64,000 nucleotides of DNA, from the IMG/VR virus record IMGVR_UViG_3300030099_006533. One strand, written 5' to 3'. The stretch comes from a virus. Shown here piece after piece: positions 9,545 through 19,903 of the stretch; position 1 is the first letter of the stretch; each line of letters begins with the position of its first letter. The notes under the pieces were generated by a model, which had not been told where the DNA came from, searched no databases, and worked only from the letters and a program-made list of their open reading frames with translations. The translations under genes and the position numbers were made by a program.

Positions 9545-10268
9545 TAGGCCTCTGTCGGTCTCTCTGTTGGAGTCAACATTACCAGAAGGGGTAAACAAGA
9601 TTGTTACTCCTTTTTTAGGTGGTGGTTCGGTACAGATCGGATTAGCTGAGAAGAACTATGATGTGACCGCGTATACGGAGTATCGTCTTCTGTATGACTT
9701 CTGGGAATGTATAATGAGAGACCCAGCAAAGATATACCACATGGCAAAGGCTTTTCATCCGATTGAGGATAATAGAACCTTCACCATGTTACAGAAAAAG
9801 GTTTATGATCCACACGATGAGTTTCTACGCTCGGCGCTTTTTTATGTTTTAAACCTTTGTTCGCAAGACGGCGCCACTACTTCGGGCGAGATGGAATTGG
9901 GGACGCCAAGATTTACAAAGTTACGACTTGATAGCATGGCGAATTTTAAAGCAAAGCCTTTTAAGCTGCAACTAGATAACTATAAAGAAGCACTCAACAC
10001 AACAGACTATCTCGTATGTGAGATGCCGGATTATATCCCGCCTATGATTCTGGGCGCGGTCGTCATTCCCGAGAAGCCTCAGATCAGTCATAAGAAATTC
10101 AGAAAGTTGATTGAGCAAAGTCCATGTTCTGGTTTTTCTTTACTTTATAAATACTGCGAAGAGGTCATGGACCTGTATAATGGTTATGATATTACTCTAT
10201 TAAATGAAGGGTACAGGCCCGTAAAGAACGTAAAGTCAGCGACCGAGGTTTTGATTCGTGGATCTTAA
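9495..10268 (+). CDS. Dam/D12-class adenine methyltransferase-like protein, catalytic motif degenerate
   Basis: KTPLTYP and TPFLGGGSV (motif I) present; DPPY absent (EMPDY at the expected position). Confidence 0.7.
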   Translation: MLRQFKRTKTPLTYPNDRPLSVSLLESTLPEGVNKIVTPFLGGGSVQIGLAEKNYDVTAYTEYRLLYDFWECIMRDPAKIYHMAKAFHPIEDNRTFTMLQKKVYDPHDEFLRSALFYVLNLCSQDGATTSGEMELGTPRFTKLRLDSMANFKAKPFKLQLDNYKEALNTTDYLVCEMPDYIPPMILGAVVIPEKPQISHKKFRKLIEQSPCSGFSLLYKYCEEVMDLYNGYDITLLNEGYRPVKNVKSATEVLIRGS

Positions 10269-10605
10269 GCTAATATATGGAATGCTGTTGTTCATCGCAG
10301 GCCACACGTTGGCTTGGTTTCAGCTTAATTCACAGTTTGTGTGGGATTGGTGGAGGGAACACCCGATTCTCACCATAGCAATTTATTCAATACCTGTTGG
10401 TTTGTGCTTTCTATATGGCACCAAGCTCGTAGTTGGGTCAACAGGTGCCCTGTGGACTTCTAGGTTTATTGCTTTTGCGGCCAGTTATTTTACGTTCCCC
10501 TTATTTACATGGTGGTTCATGAATGAGTCTCCATTCACCGCAAAGACTATTATCTGTAGCCTGTTGGCTTTTCTAATAATTATCATCCAAGTCGCGTGGC
10601 GTTAG
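10258..10605 (+). CDS. small 4-TM membrane protein
   Basis: Four hydrophobic segments, SMR/DMT-like size. Confidence 0.7.
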   Translation: MDLKLIYGMLLFIAGHTLAWFQLNSQFVWDWWREHPILTIAIYSIPVGLCFLYGTKLVVGSTGALWTSRFIAFAASYFTFPLFTWWFMNESPFTAKTIICSLLAFLIIIIQVAWR

Positions 10606-10617
10606 TTTAGAGGCTGT

Positions 10618-10627
10618 ACTATTTATA
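10618..10627 (+). promoter_or_regulatory. CTANTTA motif (putative late promoter)
   Basis: ACTATTTATA directly before the 1410-aa gene. Confidence 0.45.
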
Positions 10628-10628
10628 A

Positions 10629-13600
10629 ATGCACAAATCGCACTGGAGCCTATTAATGAACAAGAGCATGAAACGAATCCTCGCAGAGTTTCGCGAGTAC
10701 AGTCAAAAAGTAAACTCTCTAGGAAAAGTCATCGAGGCTAGGCATGCTAGACAAAGACGGCTTCAAGAAGATCGGGAGATCTTTAATGAGATTTCAAGGT
10801 CGTCCGCCGAAAACATTTACAACTGGATGAGTGACACTAGTGGCATGCCGTATGATTTTGAGGATCTGTTCGACGGCGCCATGCGAGTTCAGATTCCCCT
10901 TGCGTCGGAGGAGAGTCGCAACCTAGCTAAATTAGCAGCGGAGTTGTCTGACGCGGGGTGGGAGATTCCTCGCCCCGAAGGTATGTTCCCTGGTGTGCCC
11001 CCGCGCAGGTTTCCTGTAAAGAAGGTAAAGCAGAAGCTGCAGCGTCTTGCTGCAGATGGCGGCGGCGAGTATGAAATTGAAGTTGATGTTGCTGATCTGA
11101 GGCTTCTTAGAACAACGCAAAAGGTTATTCCTGCCGGCCCTCGCAAAGGTGAGACTATCGATAAGAAGGAAGACACCACAATGTCTAAGGCCATCGCTCG
11201 TCTGGCTAAGTCTGGAAAGATCGGCACAGACTTGTTAGACTGGTGGCAGAACAATCAAAACATCTACACTCGCGATGGCAACCAGAAGATGATTGAAAAG
11301 GCCTTTGAGGGTGACGAGTCTACTGACTACTCTATTGTTATTTCGCGCCATCCCATCGATGTGCTCCGCATGTCCGATATTAGTAGCATCCAATCCTGCC
11401 ACTCAGAAGGTAGTGAGTATTTCCATTGCGCCATCGCAGAAGCGAAAGGCCACGGCCCCATCGCCTATCTTGTAAACTCAGAGGAGTTGGAAAACCATCT
11501 GATGGAAGAGGCAGAGGACTTAGATCCGACGCAGATTCTTGGCAGGGCGATGAACAGCTTGGACCGTGATGAGTTCCGTGAGAAGATGGCGAAGGAGTTC
11601 GATCTAGAGACTCCCGCAGGCCGATGGGTTTACATTGAAACATGGGCTGAGACTCGTGATGGTGACAAGTGGCTTAAAGAGCTACAGCAGCGCATTGATG
11701 TGTCTTCCCACCCAGAGAAGTTCAAGGGCCAGTTTATGAACGCCAAAGCTAAACAGCTAGGTGTTCCGCTGGAGGAATTAGCCTTCTATTACCGCGTATG
11801 GCTAAAGGGCGATATTGAAACGCGCCCCATCCCTGTCAAGGACGCAGAGTACAAGAAAGCACGAAAAGCAGTCTACGGTCGCAAAGACGCCCCGGCAAAC
11901 ATCAACCCCATCTCGGACTATGACGATCAAGAGTTGTTCCGTGACAGAGATAGAGGCATCAAAGGCATTGGTGCAGAAGCTCGCCTCCGTCTTCGTAAGT
12001 TTGAAGAGCCGATGCGCTTTGGCACTTTTGCAGTGCCAGAGTTTCGTATGTATGGCAGGCACGTTCCCGGCTTTAAGGATGCCGTGCGGAAGTGGGCCGC
12101 CGAAGGTCAGCGCGAACAGTTCGTTGGAGACGACGGCGAGTTGTCATATCCTAGGTTTGAGGATCTCACTCGCCGCGGAGGCTCTTATGAAGATAACAAA
12201 GACGGCGCCATCCTCAATAAGTTTCTAGAAGAGATGTATGGCCCCGATACAGACTTTGAAGGCCCATACGATGACTATAGGAACGCATCAAAAGACTACG
12301 AGGACGAAGAGGATGCAATCGCTGATGCGAATGAGCGCCTGTACGAGGAGTACTCAGAAGCAGTTGAGGAACTTAACAGGTATGCAGCCCAAACGTTAGA
12401 GCACTTTAGCGCAGATGCATCAGTTGATTTTTATGACGAGGAAGCTCCCCCGGTGGTCTATGGCGGTGGTAGTCTGCGATACATCATTCCACTTGACTGG
12501 AAGGGCATGCAAGAACTCGAAGATATATATGTCCCGGGAGATTACGATCTGGATGCTGACCCCTACGCTGAGGAAGCAGGACAGTACATTCCGAAGTCAT
12601 ATGGTGGTAACTACGCCAACAGAAGATCTTTTGAAGACGCACTGGAAGAACCAGTGGACTACTACCCGGAAGAGACCGAATGGGAACTGATCGAGAACAA
12701 CGATGGCTCTGTGGAGTTACAGGTTACACACCTTTTAAGGCAGGAAGAGGGATCGGATCCAGATGACTTTGAAAGCTTTATTGATTATATCAAAGAGCTT
12801 GACGACAATTATCGCGCCCTTAAAGAAAAGATCCGACGTAGCTTGGTAGAGAACGAGTTCATCGGTCCAAGCGACTGGGACAACCTAGAAGATGACTTCT
12901 CCGAGATGGAGGAGACATTAGAGAACTGGAAAGTTTACGGACTTGGCGACGACGACGGCGAGGTCTGGTTCAGACTTCAGCCCGATGGCAGCAGCAGCGC
13001 ATTTATGAAAAGCGGAATCAAGTGGCCCTACTCAGCAGGTAGCAGATATTCCGATACTGAATCTCTTAGGGGTCTGTTTGGCGGCAGGCAGCAGTCCATT
13101 GGCCTACAACGATACATTTCTTTCGCACCCGTTCCGCACAGTACGGGCGCCAGAGGGTATGGCACCCCAGCCGGCGCAGTTCTCTTCAAGCGAGCGTTTA
13201 ATAAACTTCAGGCAGCTGCCAACGATTATGCACAGCGTCAGCTATCGCTGGACTTCGGACCAGAGTATGAGAAGAAGTTCACACCCATTGAGTTTGGGAA
13301 GAATGTTAACTTGGGCCTTGCACTTATCGATGGACAAGAAGAGCTTCAATTAGAGGTTGGCTTTTACATGAATGTTACAGTCAACTCAGACGACAACTCA
13401 GAAGTCATTGAACAAACCTTCAACTTTGTAAAGTTCCTAGATGCAAACATGGGAATGCTAAAGAAAACAGTAATGGAGGCTTTCACCGATAGAGTCCTTG
13501 GCTTCAAAGAAGAGAACGATGCCGCCGCACGCAGACTGTCCGATGGTACAGCACTGAGCAGAAACCTGAGAGGACTCAGGCTTAGCTGGGAAGATGCGGC

Positions 13601-14861
13601 AGATGAAGGCAGAGAGATGGGAGTGGCAGTTATGAAGGTTGTGATGTGGGCAGAACAAAACTTCAGCAAGATGCAAAGTGCATCAGAGAGGATTGCAATC
13701 ACACAGGTGACTCGCAAGATTCATGCCGGCCGTGATGGTTATCATGTGGCCATGGCAGTTTGGGATGAAGGCAAAGCTCTTCCGCATGATTGGGACAACG
13801 AAGTAAAACAGGTCATGGTACAGCAGGGAGCGACGTTCACCCAGAAGCAAAAATACAACAGCAGCTACCTTGCAGGCGAACCAGAGGGGACCACATACTC
13901 TCAGGACTTCAGCGACGGACAGCCAGTCAATGAGCCCGAGGCAGCCTTACGAGGCACAATAGGTGAGCCACGCCCTGCCGGCGGTGGCTGGCAAAACGAG
14001 GTCCAGTTGAAAGAAGAGATTTACAAGAGACTACAGAAGAAGATTCTGAAGAAGAAAGTAAAGGCTCATTTGGTTGAGAAGCTACAAAATCAGAAAGAAC
14101 TTCAAAAGAATCAGGTTCGCGAACTAGTCAAAAGTAAACTTCTAGAATTGGACATTGGCTACACGCAGCGAACATACAAACTAAATATGCGAATTGCTAT
14201 GGCTAAGGAGCACGGCGGCAAGCGCGACGAGACTGAAAACGAGATCCGCGGAGTCGAAGGCGTCACAACTGTGAAGATTATTGCAGGTACCACACGACAG
14301 GATGCCGCCAACTATTACGCCGATTGCATGATAAAGTGGATACTTCTAGGCCAGCAGTCTGTAACGCAGTATATTAAGGGCACACTCATGCCTTATCTGA
14401 ATAAGATCGAGGGTTTGTCGATTCTCCGCGTTGATCAGTGGGAAGAACTCAAGGGGCTTAGAGAGTACATCAGTATTCCTGGCGACGTTGGTAACGATAG
14501 GATTAGTCCGACACCATCTATCGATCAGATTGCACAAAGTTGGGCCGCCTCTGGTGACGAACGAGCTACGCAAGCCATGGCCCACGATCTGGCTCAACAG
14601 GTGAGGCAAGTAACAATGATTCCCGTTGCTGAGTTAATGCAATACTTGGGCAGTGCAGGCAACATGTTCAGCGGAACTAAAAACGAATTTGACGACTTAA
14701 AACAAAAGTTTATTAGCGGGTATCATGTTGAGCCAATTATGGTCGCCATCGGCAAAAACGGCCGCGTAAAGGTTGTCAATGGTGATGATACAATTTTAGT
14801 AGCAAAAGACTTGGGGCTTGAGGAGTTGCCAACCGTCTTCAGCTTACAGCTTCAAGTTTAA
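10629..14861 (+). CDS. 1410-aa multidomain protein, paralog of 43724..46138, C-terminal ParB-like domain
   Basis: Shared RHPIDVLRMSD..SCHS..CAxAEA.GHG, RLRLR, YG..xPGF, GGSYEDN; C-terminal EPIMV...KVVNGDDT. Confidence 0.8.
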   Translation: MHKSHWSLLMNKSMKRILAEFREYSQKVNSLGKVIEARHARQRRLQEDREIFNEISRSSAENIYNWMSDTSGMPYDFEDLFDGAMRVQIPLASEESRNLAKLAAELSDAGWEIPRPEGMFPGVPPRRFPVKKVKQKLQRLAADGGGEYEIEVDVADLRLLRTTQKVIPAGPRKGETIDKKEDTTMSKAIARLAKSGKIGTDLLDWWQNNQNIYTRDGNQKMIEKAFEGDESTDYSIVISRHPIDVLRMSDISSIQSCHSEGSEYFHCAIAEAKGHGPIAYLVNSEELENHLMEEAEDLDPTQILGRAMNSLDRDEFREKMAKEFDLETPAGRWVYIETWAETRDGDKWLKELQQRIDVSSHPEKFKGQFMNAKAKQLGVPLEELAFYYRVWLKGDIETRPIPVKDAEYKKARKAVYGRKDAPANINPISDYDDQELFRDRDRGIKGIGAEARLRLRKFEEPMRFGTFAVPEFRMYGRHVPGFKDAVRKWAAEGQREQFVGDDGELSYPRFEDLTRRGGSYEDNKDGAILNKFLEEMYGPDTDFEGPYDDYRNASKDYEDEEDAIADANERLYEEYSEAVEELNRYAAQTLEHFSADASVDFYDEEAPPVVYGGGSLRYIIPLDWKGMQELEDIYVPGDYDLDADPYAEEAGQYIPKSYGGNYANRRSFEDALEEPVDYYPEETEWELIENNDGSVELQVTHLLRQEEGSDPDDFESFIDYIKELDDNYRALKEKIRRSLVENEFIGPSDWDNLEDDFSEMEETLENWKVYGLGDDDGEVWFRLQPDGSSSAFMKSGIKWPYSAGSRYSDTESLRGLFGGRQQSIGLQRYISFAPVPHSTGARGYGTPAGAVLFKRAFNKLQAAANDYAQRQLSLDFGPEYEKKFTPIEFGKNVNLGLALIDGQEELQLEVGFYMNVTVNSDDNSEVIEQTFNFVKFLDANMGMLKKTVMEAFTDRVLGFKEENDAAARRLSDGTALSRNLRGLRLSWEDAADEGREMGVAVMKVVMWAEQNFSKMQSASERIAITQVTRKIHAGRDGYHVAMAVWDEGKALPHDWDNEVKQVMVQQGATFTQKQKYNSSYLAGEPEGTTYSQDFSDGQPVNEPEAALRGTIGEPRPAGGGWQNEVQLKEEIYKRLQKKILKKKVKAHLVEKLQNQKELQKNQVRELVKSKLLELDIGYTQRTYKLNMRIAMAKEHGGKRDETENEIRGVEGVTTVKIIAGTTRQDAANYYADCMIKWILLGQQSVTQYIKGTLMPYLNKIEGLSILRVDQWEELKGLREYISIPGDVGNDRISPTPSIDQIAQSWAASGDERATQAMAHDLAQQVRQVTMIPVAELMQYLGSAGNMFSGTKNEFDDLKQKFISGYHVEPIMVAIGKNGRVKVVNGDDTILVAKDLGLEELPTVFSLQLQV

Positions 14862-14941
14862 CTTTTTTTGTTCTCCATCTTCTAAAACCGTTTGTACCTT
14901 ATAGTTAATATTGGGTATAAGAGGCTTTTGTCTCGTTTGGT

Positions 14942-15739
14942 GTGAAGGGGAGGACCGTTTTGAAATACATTAAATATCTGCTTGGAGCCGCACTTATGTG
15001 TGCTGTCGTTGGGGTATTGGTGCCCGCGACACAAGTTCGCTCACAAGCCATTGGCACTGCGCTAACTGATTCCGCAGAAGTCATCCAAAATGAAATCAGT
15101 GAAAGACTAGAATTAAGCGAGATTGGTGCGACAGAGCATGTTGCCGTCCGCGAGGACGCGCGCAAGGCAGCTGTAAGGGTTATCACCCCGTCTGGGCGCG
15201 GCTCTGGGACCTACTTTAAAATCGGTGGATATCACGTTGTAGTAACCGCCCAGCATGTCGTTGACGACAATCCTGTTGTAATCATTGAAGGTCGCAACGG
15301 CGAAACTGTTTATGGCGAGCCGATTCTTCGCGGCATCGACACAGACGTCGCCGTCGTATTGATCCCAGAGATGAACAGTAGAGAGCCGCTGAAGTATAGA
15401 ACGATGCCTGCTCCCAGAAATCCTGACAGGATGGTCGGCAGAAGAGTAACCTATACAGGATTCCCTGCCAGTCACGACTTGATGACGATTGATGGTCAGA
15501 TCGCCGGATATGAGAACGGCCATGTTATTATTCATTCATACGGCTGGCCCGGGTCGAGCGGTTCCGGTGTTTTCGACATGCGTGGTCGACTCATCGGTGT
15601 CGTTAGTGCAGTTGATGTTGGTCGCTGGAACTGGATGATCCCACCTCAGTTGGTAGAAGACATTGTGTGGGTAGCCCCAGTGTGGGATATTAAACAAGCT
15701 GACATCACCGCCTACCTACGGGCAAGGGGGGAACGATGA
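14942..15739 (+). CDS. trypsin-like (S1) serine protease with N-terminal signal/anchor
   Basis: GSGTYF, VTAQHVV, D, PGSSGSGVFD..G.LIGVVS. Confidence 0.9.
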   Translation: MKGRTVLKYIKYLLGAALMCAVVGVLVPATQVRSQAIGTALTDSAEVIQNEISERLELSEIGATEHVAVREDARKAAVRVITPSGRGSGTYFKIGGYHVVVTAQHVVDDNPVVIIEGRNGETVYGEPILRGIDTDVAVVLIPEMNSREPLKYRTMPAPRNPDRMVGRRVTYTGFPASHDLMTIDGQIAGYENGHVIIHSYGWPGSSGSGVFDMRGRLIGVVSAVDVGRWNWMIPPQLVEDIVWVAPVWDIKQADITAYLRARGER

Positions 15740-16750
15740 ATGAACACTTTAGCCAAACTGTTTATGCTTGTGACCCTTGCGGTGACAGGCTGCTCTGACT
15801 ATACAATCATGTCCGCACACGGCCCAACTGAGACCGTGTACGTCGAGGTACCCGGAGAGACAGAGTATGTTGAAGTTCCCGGTGAAACAGAGTACGGAGA
15901 GATCTGGGTCGACCACTTCGTCCAACCTCTTAGTGTCGATGGGGTAGATATCCTGTGGGTAATTGACACCTCTGGTTCTATGGGCGTGTATCAAGACGAG
16001 CTTCTCGCTGGTATCGAAGCCATGATGCTAGCTCTGCCTCCGTCTGGTTGGCGCTTAGCTATGATGAGTAACGACCCGTTAGCAGCTTCAACGGAGGCTC
16101 AGTTTCCCCTAGTGCCCGGTGATGATATCGAAGACGCCATTGGTATGCTCAATGCAATGAACACTGGCCATCTCGAAGAGGGCTTTGACGCGACTTACGA
16201 ATACATGGTTAACAACCCCTACGCCGCAACATGGATGCGCTCCGACGCCGCGCTGCTCGTTGTTTATGTATCTGATGAAGAAGAACAGAGTGACGATCAC
16301 TTCCCGGTAGTGGATGACTTCTTGGTCTGGTACGGCAGTCAGCGAAACGGATCCGCGTTTCTGTCCAGCATTGTGAATGTAGAGCAGGCCGATTCAGTTT
16401 GCCCGTCCGCCCCGAGCCTGATAAATATTGGCGATAGATACATGGAAGCTACTAATTATTTTGGTGGAGTAATTGTTGACATTTGTTCTGAAGACTGGTC
16501 CCCAGGTGTGACCGATGCGTCAGCACAGATCGAGCCCCATGAGTCATGGGAGCTTACTCATGTGCCGACTCATGTTGACACGATTAGAGTATTTTGGGAT
16601 GGTGTTCCAAACTGGGACTGGTATTACGAGCCGAGCGACAACACTGTACAGTTCACGGTGGTGCCCGATGGTAATGTTTTAGTTGAGATGGGTTATCACT
16701 ACGAGCCCCCTGAAGAGGACGAAGACACTGGAGATACTGAGGCCCCTTGA
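15740..16750 (+). CDS. vWA-domain lipoprotein
   Basis: Lipobox-like AVTGC, VDILWVIDTSGSM MIDAS motif, tandem VEVPGETEY repeats. Confidence 0.8.
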   Translation: MNTLAKLFMLVTLAVTGCSDYTIMSAHGPTETVYVEVPGETEYVEVPGETEYGEIWVDHFVQPLSVDGVDILWVIDTSGSMGVYQDELLAGIEAMMLALPPSGWRLAMMSNDPLAASTEAQFPLVPGDDIEDAIGMLNAMNTGHLEEGFDATYEYMVNNPYAATWMRSDAALLVVYVSDEEEQSDDHFPVVDDFLVWYGSQRNGSAFLSSIVNVEQADSVCPSAPSLINIGDRYMEATNYFGGVIVDICSEDWSPGVTDASAQIEPHESWELTHVPTHVDTIRVFWDGVPNWDWYYEPSDNTVQFTVVPDGNVLVEMGYHYEPPEEDEDTGDTEAP

Positions 16751-16766
16751 AAATTAGGAGTGCAAA

Positions 16767-17063
16767 ATGACGGGAATTCTGTTATATTCATTAGTAGCAG
16801 CCTGTTTGGCAACTATCTTTCCAACAGTTTATATTGCCATAGCCCGACGTCGCCACGACCGGGCCATGCAAAAAAGACTAGAAGAGTATGCGCGCCAAAC
16901 AGAACTACGTCTTAAATTTGACGCTATCCGACGAGAACAAGGTAATTGTACAAATGTAATCAATGTTGATTTTGTTGACCACGCCCCGGAAGAAGATGAC
17001 GTAATGGGCTGGAAACTGGTATATAACAAAGAGTTAGGGGTATACCAGAAGGTTCGTCGGTGA
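16767..17063 (+). CDS. membrane-anchored hypothetical protein
   Basis: N-terminal TM; RBS AGGAG. Confidence 0.65.
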   Translation: MTGILLYSLVAACLATIFPTVYIAIARRRHDRAMQKRLEEYARQTELRLKFDAIRREQGNCTNVINVDFVDHAPEEDDVMGWKLVYNKELGVYQKVRR

Positions 17064-17110
17064 CATAACCTACAAAAGAAACTAGTTATTCTACACAGCG
17101 AGGTATAATT

Positions 17111-17332
17111 GTGTTAAAATGGATCAAGAACAGTTTTGATAATGGCCGAATTCAGAGATTAGAAGCCGAGGTGGCAGACCTGCGCCGCGAGCAAAAGGTG
17201 CTTCGTGATCAGAATGAGGCAATGGTTGAATGTGTAGAAAACATCAGCAAATACGAAAAACAGCTGGTCGAAGCGGTTGAGAGCCTAACGAAAGACTTGA
17301 GCGCCGCTGTTAAAGAAATGACAGGAGAATAG
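17111..17332 (+). CDS. short coiled-coil protein
   Basis: GTG start after GAGG; heptad pattern. Confidence 0.6.
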   Translation: MLKWIKNSFDNGRIQRLEAEVADLRREQKVLRDQNEAMVECVENISKYEKQLVEAVESLTKDLSAAVKEMTGE

Positions 17333-17333
17333 A

Positions 17334-17708
17334 ATGTCAGACGAGAATACCGAGAATGATTCTAACGAGTCAGCGACAGAAATTGCAACAGATCCAGAGG
17401 ATCTAAAACCAAAGAAGCCCTCCAATAGAGCACCAGAAGGAATTAGAACTTTCACTGTGTGTCGGCAAAACGACGAGACGGGGATTTCTGGTGAGGGTGT
17501 CGTTATTGAAGGAGTAACCTTTGCGACTGGTCATACAGTAATTCACTGGCTCACCCCGGCCCCGCGAGGCTCAATCGCATTCTTTGATGCATTCGATGAT
17601 TTCATCAAGATTCATGTGACCAGCCACCCAACCAACAATACAATCATAACCTTTGAAGACGGTGAACAAAAACTGTATGAAGGCAAAGGAGAATTAAATG
17701 GCTTATAA
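17334..17708 (+). CDS. conserved phage hypothetical protein
   Basis: DETGISGEGVVIEGVTF..G.TVIHWL pattern, recalled from phage proteins. Confidence 0.65.
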   Translation: MSDENTENDSNESATEIATDPEDLKPKKPSNRAPEGIRTFTVCRQNDETGISGEGVVIEGVTFATGHTVIHWLTPAPRGSIAFFDAFDDFIKIHVTSHPTNNTIITFEDGEQKLYEGKGELNGL

Positions 17709-18648
17709 ATTTAGACTAGGTTCAGCCTCGTTGTCGGGCTCGATGACAACAGATGACATTATGTTTGTGGAAGACACAGACACGGGAATTAACTTCGCAT
17801 CAGATACGATCAAGCTGGAGACTGATGGCACCGCGCGCTTAGAGGTGTCTAACTCAGGCCTGAAGGCGCTGACAAACATAGTTGTAGACACCAACTCTGA
17901 GCCCGCTATAGAATTCAAAGAGGGCGGCGCAAGCCGTGCTCAAATTTCCGTCAATGATTCTGACAATCTTGTTATCCACAATCAAACTATTAATAAGCAT
18001 ATTGTTCTAAAATGCAACGATGCAGGTCAAACAAGAGAAGGTATACGGTTAGATGGCTCTGTCCCAGAGGTGGTAGTTAATCAACAATCTGACTCGCTGG
18101 TAGACTTCAGAGTTGAATCGGACAACAACACGCACATGTTGTTTGTCGATGGTGGGAATGATAAAGTAGGAATCAACACAAGCCAGCCTGATTATGCACT
18201 TCATGTAGCAGGCGACATTGGAGTCGATGAGCACATCTATCACAACGGAGATGCCGATACCTTCGTACAATTCGCCAATGATAAAATAATTCTCAAGTCC
18301 GGCGGTAGAGCGATGATTACTGCTGAGATCAACAACGTGCAGCCCCATGAGGTTACTATTAACGACGGCAGCAACAATGTTGACTTTGTTGTTAAAGGCA
18401 ATGGATCTGGGGCCGGAAACCCCGGAATGAAGTTTGATGCCTCTACAAATAGACTAGGCATCAACGGGGTCGGCTCACCTGAAGTCGCTCTCGACGTCGG
18501 CTCAGATGCAATCCGAATAAGAAACAGTAGCACCCCATCAAGCGCCAGCGACTTTGGCTTCCCGGGCGAGATTAGGTGGGATGCAAATTATATCTATGTG
18601 TGTGTCGCAACTGACACTTGGAAGAGAGTGGCACTATCCACTTGGTAA
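17698..18648 (+). CDS. tail fibre / virion structural protein
   Basis: Repeated DFxV..D/G...F.D....+VGIN units; C-terminal GEIRWDANYIYVCVATDTWKRVALSTW. Confidence 0.7.
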   Translation: MAYKFRLGSASLSGSMTTDDIMFVEDTDTGINFASDTIKLETDGTARLEVSNSGLKALTNIVVDTNSEPAIEFKEGGASRAQISVNDSDNLVIHNQTINKHIVLKCNDAGQTREGIRLDGSVPEVVVNQQSDSLVDFRVESDNNTHMLFVDGGNDKVGINTSQPDYALHVAGDIGVDEHIYHNGDADTFVQFANDKIILKSGGRAMITAEINNVQPHEVTINDGSNNVDFVVKGNGSGAGNPGMKFDASTNRLGINGVGSPEVALDVGSDAIRIRNSSTPSSASDFGFPGEIRWDANYIYVCVATDTWKRVALSTW

Positions 18649-18655
18649 ACTAATT

Positions 18656-19639
18656 ATGAGTATGGAAGACTGGAACGACTACGTTAATACGGTTCGCGAA
18701 GCGCGTAAGAAAAAGAAGCGCCGCGAACCCACACCATTCAAGAGCAAGTATCAAAAGAAGACTAAGCGCATGCGGCGCCGCAATGATATTTACTCCACAA
18801 AGGCCGGCCACAAGAACCTTAGCACAGGAGCCCCTTTCAACAACAAGGTAAAGCGCGCCGGTACTGATCGTCTGCGCTTTGAGGACGTAGATCCAGAAAG
18901 CATCGATCTAGACAGCTTTGAGATTCAGGACGATCTTGAGCGCAGGATTTGGAATAATAAAGATCAACTGAAGCCGCTTCTGCGTGAGTACATGATGAAG
19001 ATCGCCATGGACTTTATCGACAGTCTAGATATGAATATCAATGTTGTGGACATTAAGCTCACTGGCTCGATTGCCAACTACAACTGGTCAAAGTTTTCTG
19101 ATATTGACTTGCACATCGTAGTAGACATGATGCAGTACGGCGAGGATGAGGACTTGGTTCGCGGTTTCTTTGACGGTAAGCGCATTGCATGGAATCAGGC
19201 TCACGATATTAAAATGCTGGGCTATGATGTAGAATTGTATGTTGAGGGCAAAGACGACATTCACATTTCAACAGGCATGTACTCAGTGCTGAAAGACGAG
19301 TGGATTATTCGACCAACACGCGAAGACGAAAAGTTCGATGAGGATTTGGTAAAGCAAAAGGCAGCATATCTAATGGATATGGTCGATGCCTCTGAGATTA
19401 TGCTGAGTAGAAAAGATTACAAAGCAGCTTACATGATGGCAGATAAATTAAAAGAGCGGATCCGTAAGATGAGGAAGTGTGGCCTGGAAAAGGGCGGCGC
19501 GTACTCAACAGAGAACTTGGCCTTCAAGGTGTTGCGTCGTAATGGTTACCTTGCAACATTGTCGGATGTAAAGAACAGAGCCTATGATGGCATGAATACA
19601 ATAGATCAGGTCAGCAAAGGCATTAGGATAAAGATTTGA
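18656..19639 (+). CDS. Pol-beta superfamily nucleotidyltransferase with basic N-terminal extension
   Basis: LTGSIANYNWSKFSDIDLHI (GS..DxD), YDVELYV. Confidence 0.8.
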   Translation: MSMEDWNDYVNTVREARKKKKRREPTPFKSKYQKKTKRMRRRNDIYSTKAGHKNLSTGAPFNNKVKRAGTDRLRFEDVDPESIDLDSFEIQDDLERRIWNNKDQLKPLLREYMMKIAMDFIDSLDMNINVVDIKLTGSIANYNWSKFSDIDLHIVVDMMQYGEDEDLVRGFFDGKRIAWNQAHDIKMLGYDVELYVEGKDDIHISTGMYSVLKDEWIIRPTREDEKFDEDLVKQKAAYLMDMVDASEIMLSRKDYKAAYMMADKLKERIRKMRKCGLEKGGAYSTENLAFKVLRRNGYLATLSDVKNRAYDGMNTIDQVSKGIRIKI

Positions 19640-19640
19640 A

Positions 19641-19886
19641 GTGCCTGCCGCGGCATTCCATAAGGGAGACTTAGTGGCAGTCAAGACGCCGCACACTAGA
19701 GCAGAAAAGACATACAAAGTAGGGCTGGTGGTCAAGCCTCCCAGCCACAAAAGTAGACTATATGAAATTTTGTGGTTGACAAGTAACAATTCGTATGTTA
19801 CTGTGTATACAGAGGGTAGGAATCTGGTGTTGTTGTCAGCCCCAGAGGGCAATGAAGCTCGCTTCCGTCGCTGGCGCGCCACATAA
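19641..19886 (+). CDS. SH3/KOW-like small protein
   Basis: FHKGDLVAVK...VGLVV. Confidence 0.65.
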   Translation: MPAAAFHKGDLVAVKTPHTRAEKTYKVGLVVKPPSHKSRLYEILWLTSNNSYVTVYTEGRNLVLLSAPEGNEARFRRWRAT

Positions 19887-19903
19887 TAACAACGAGAGAA
19901 TCT

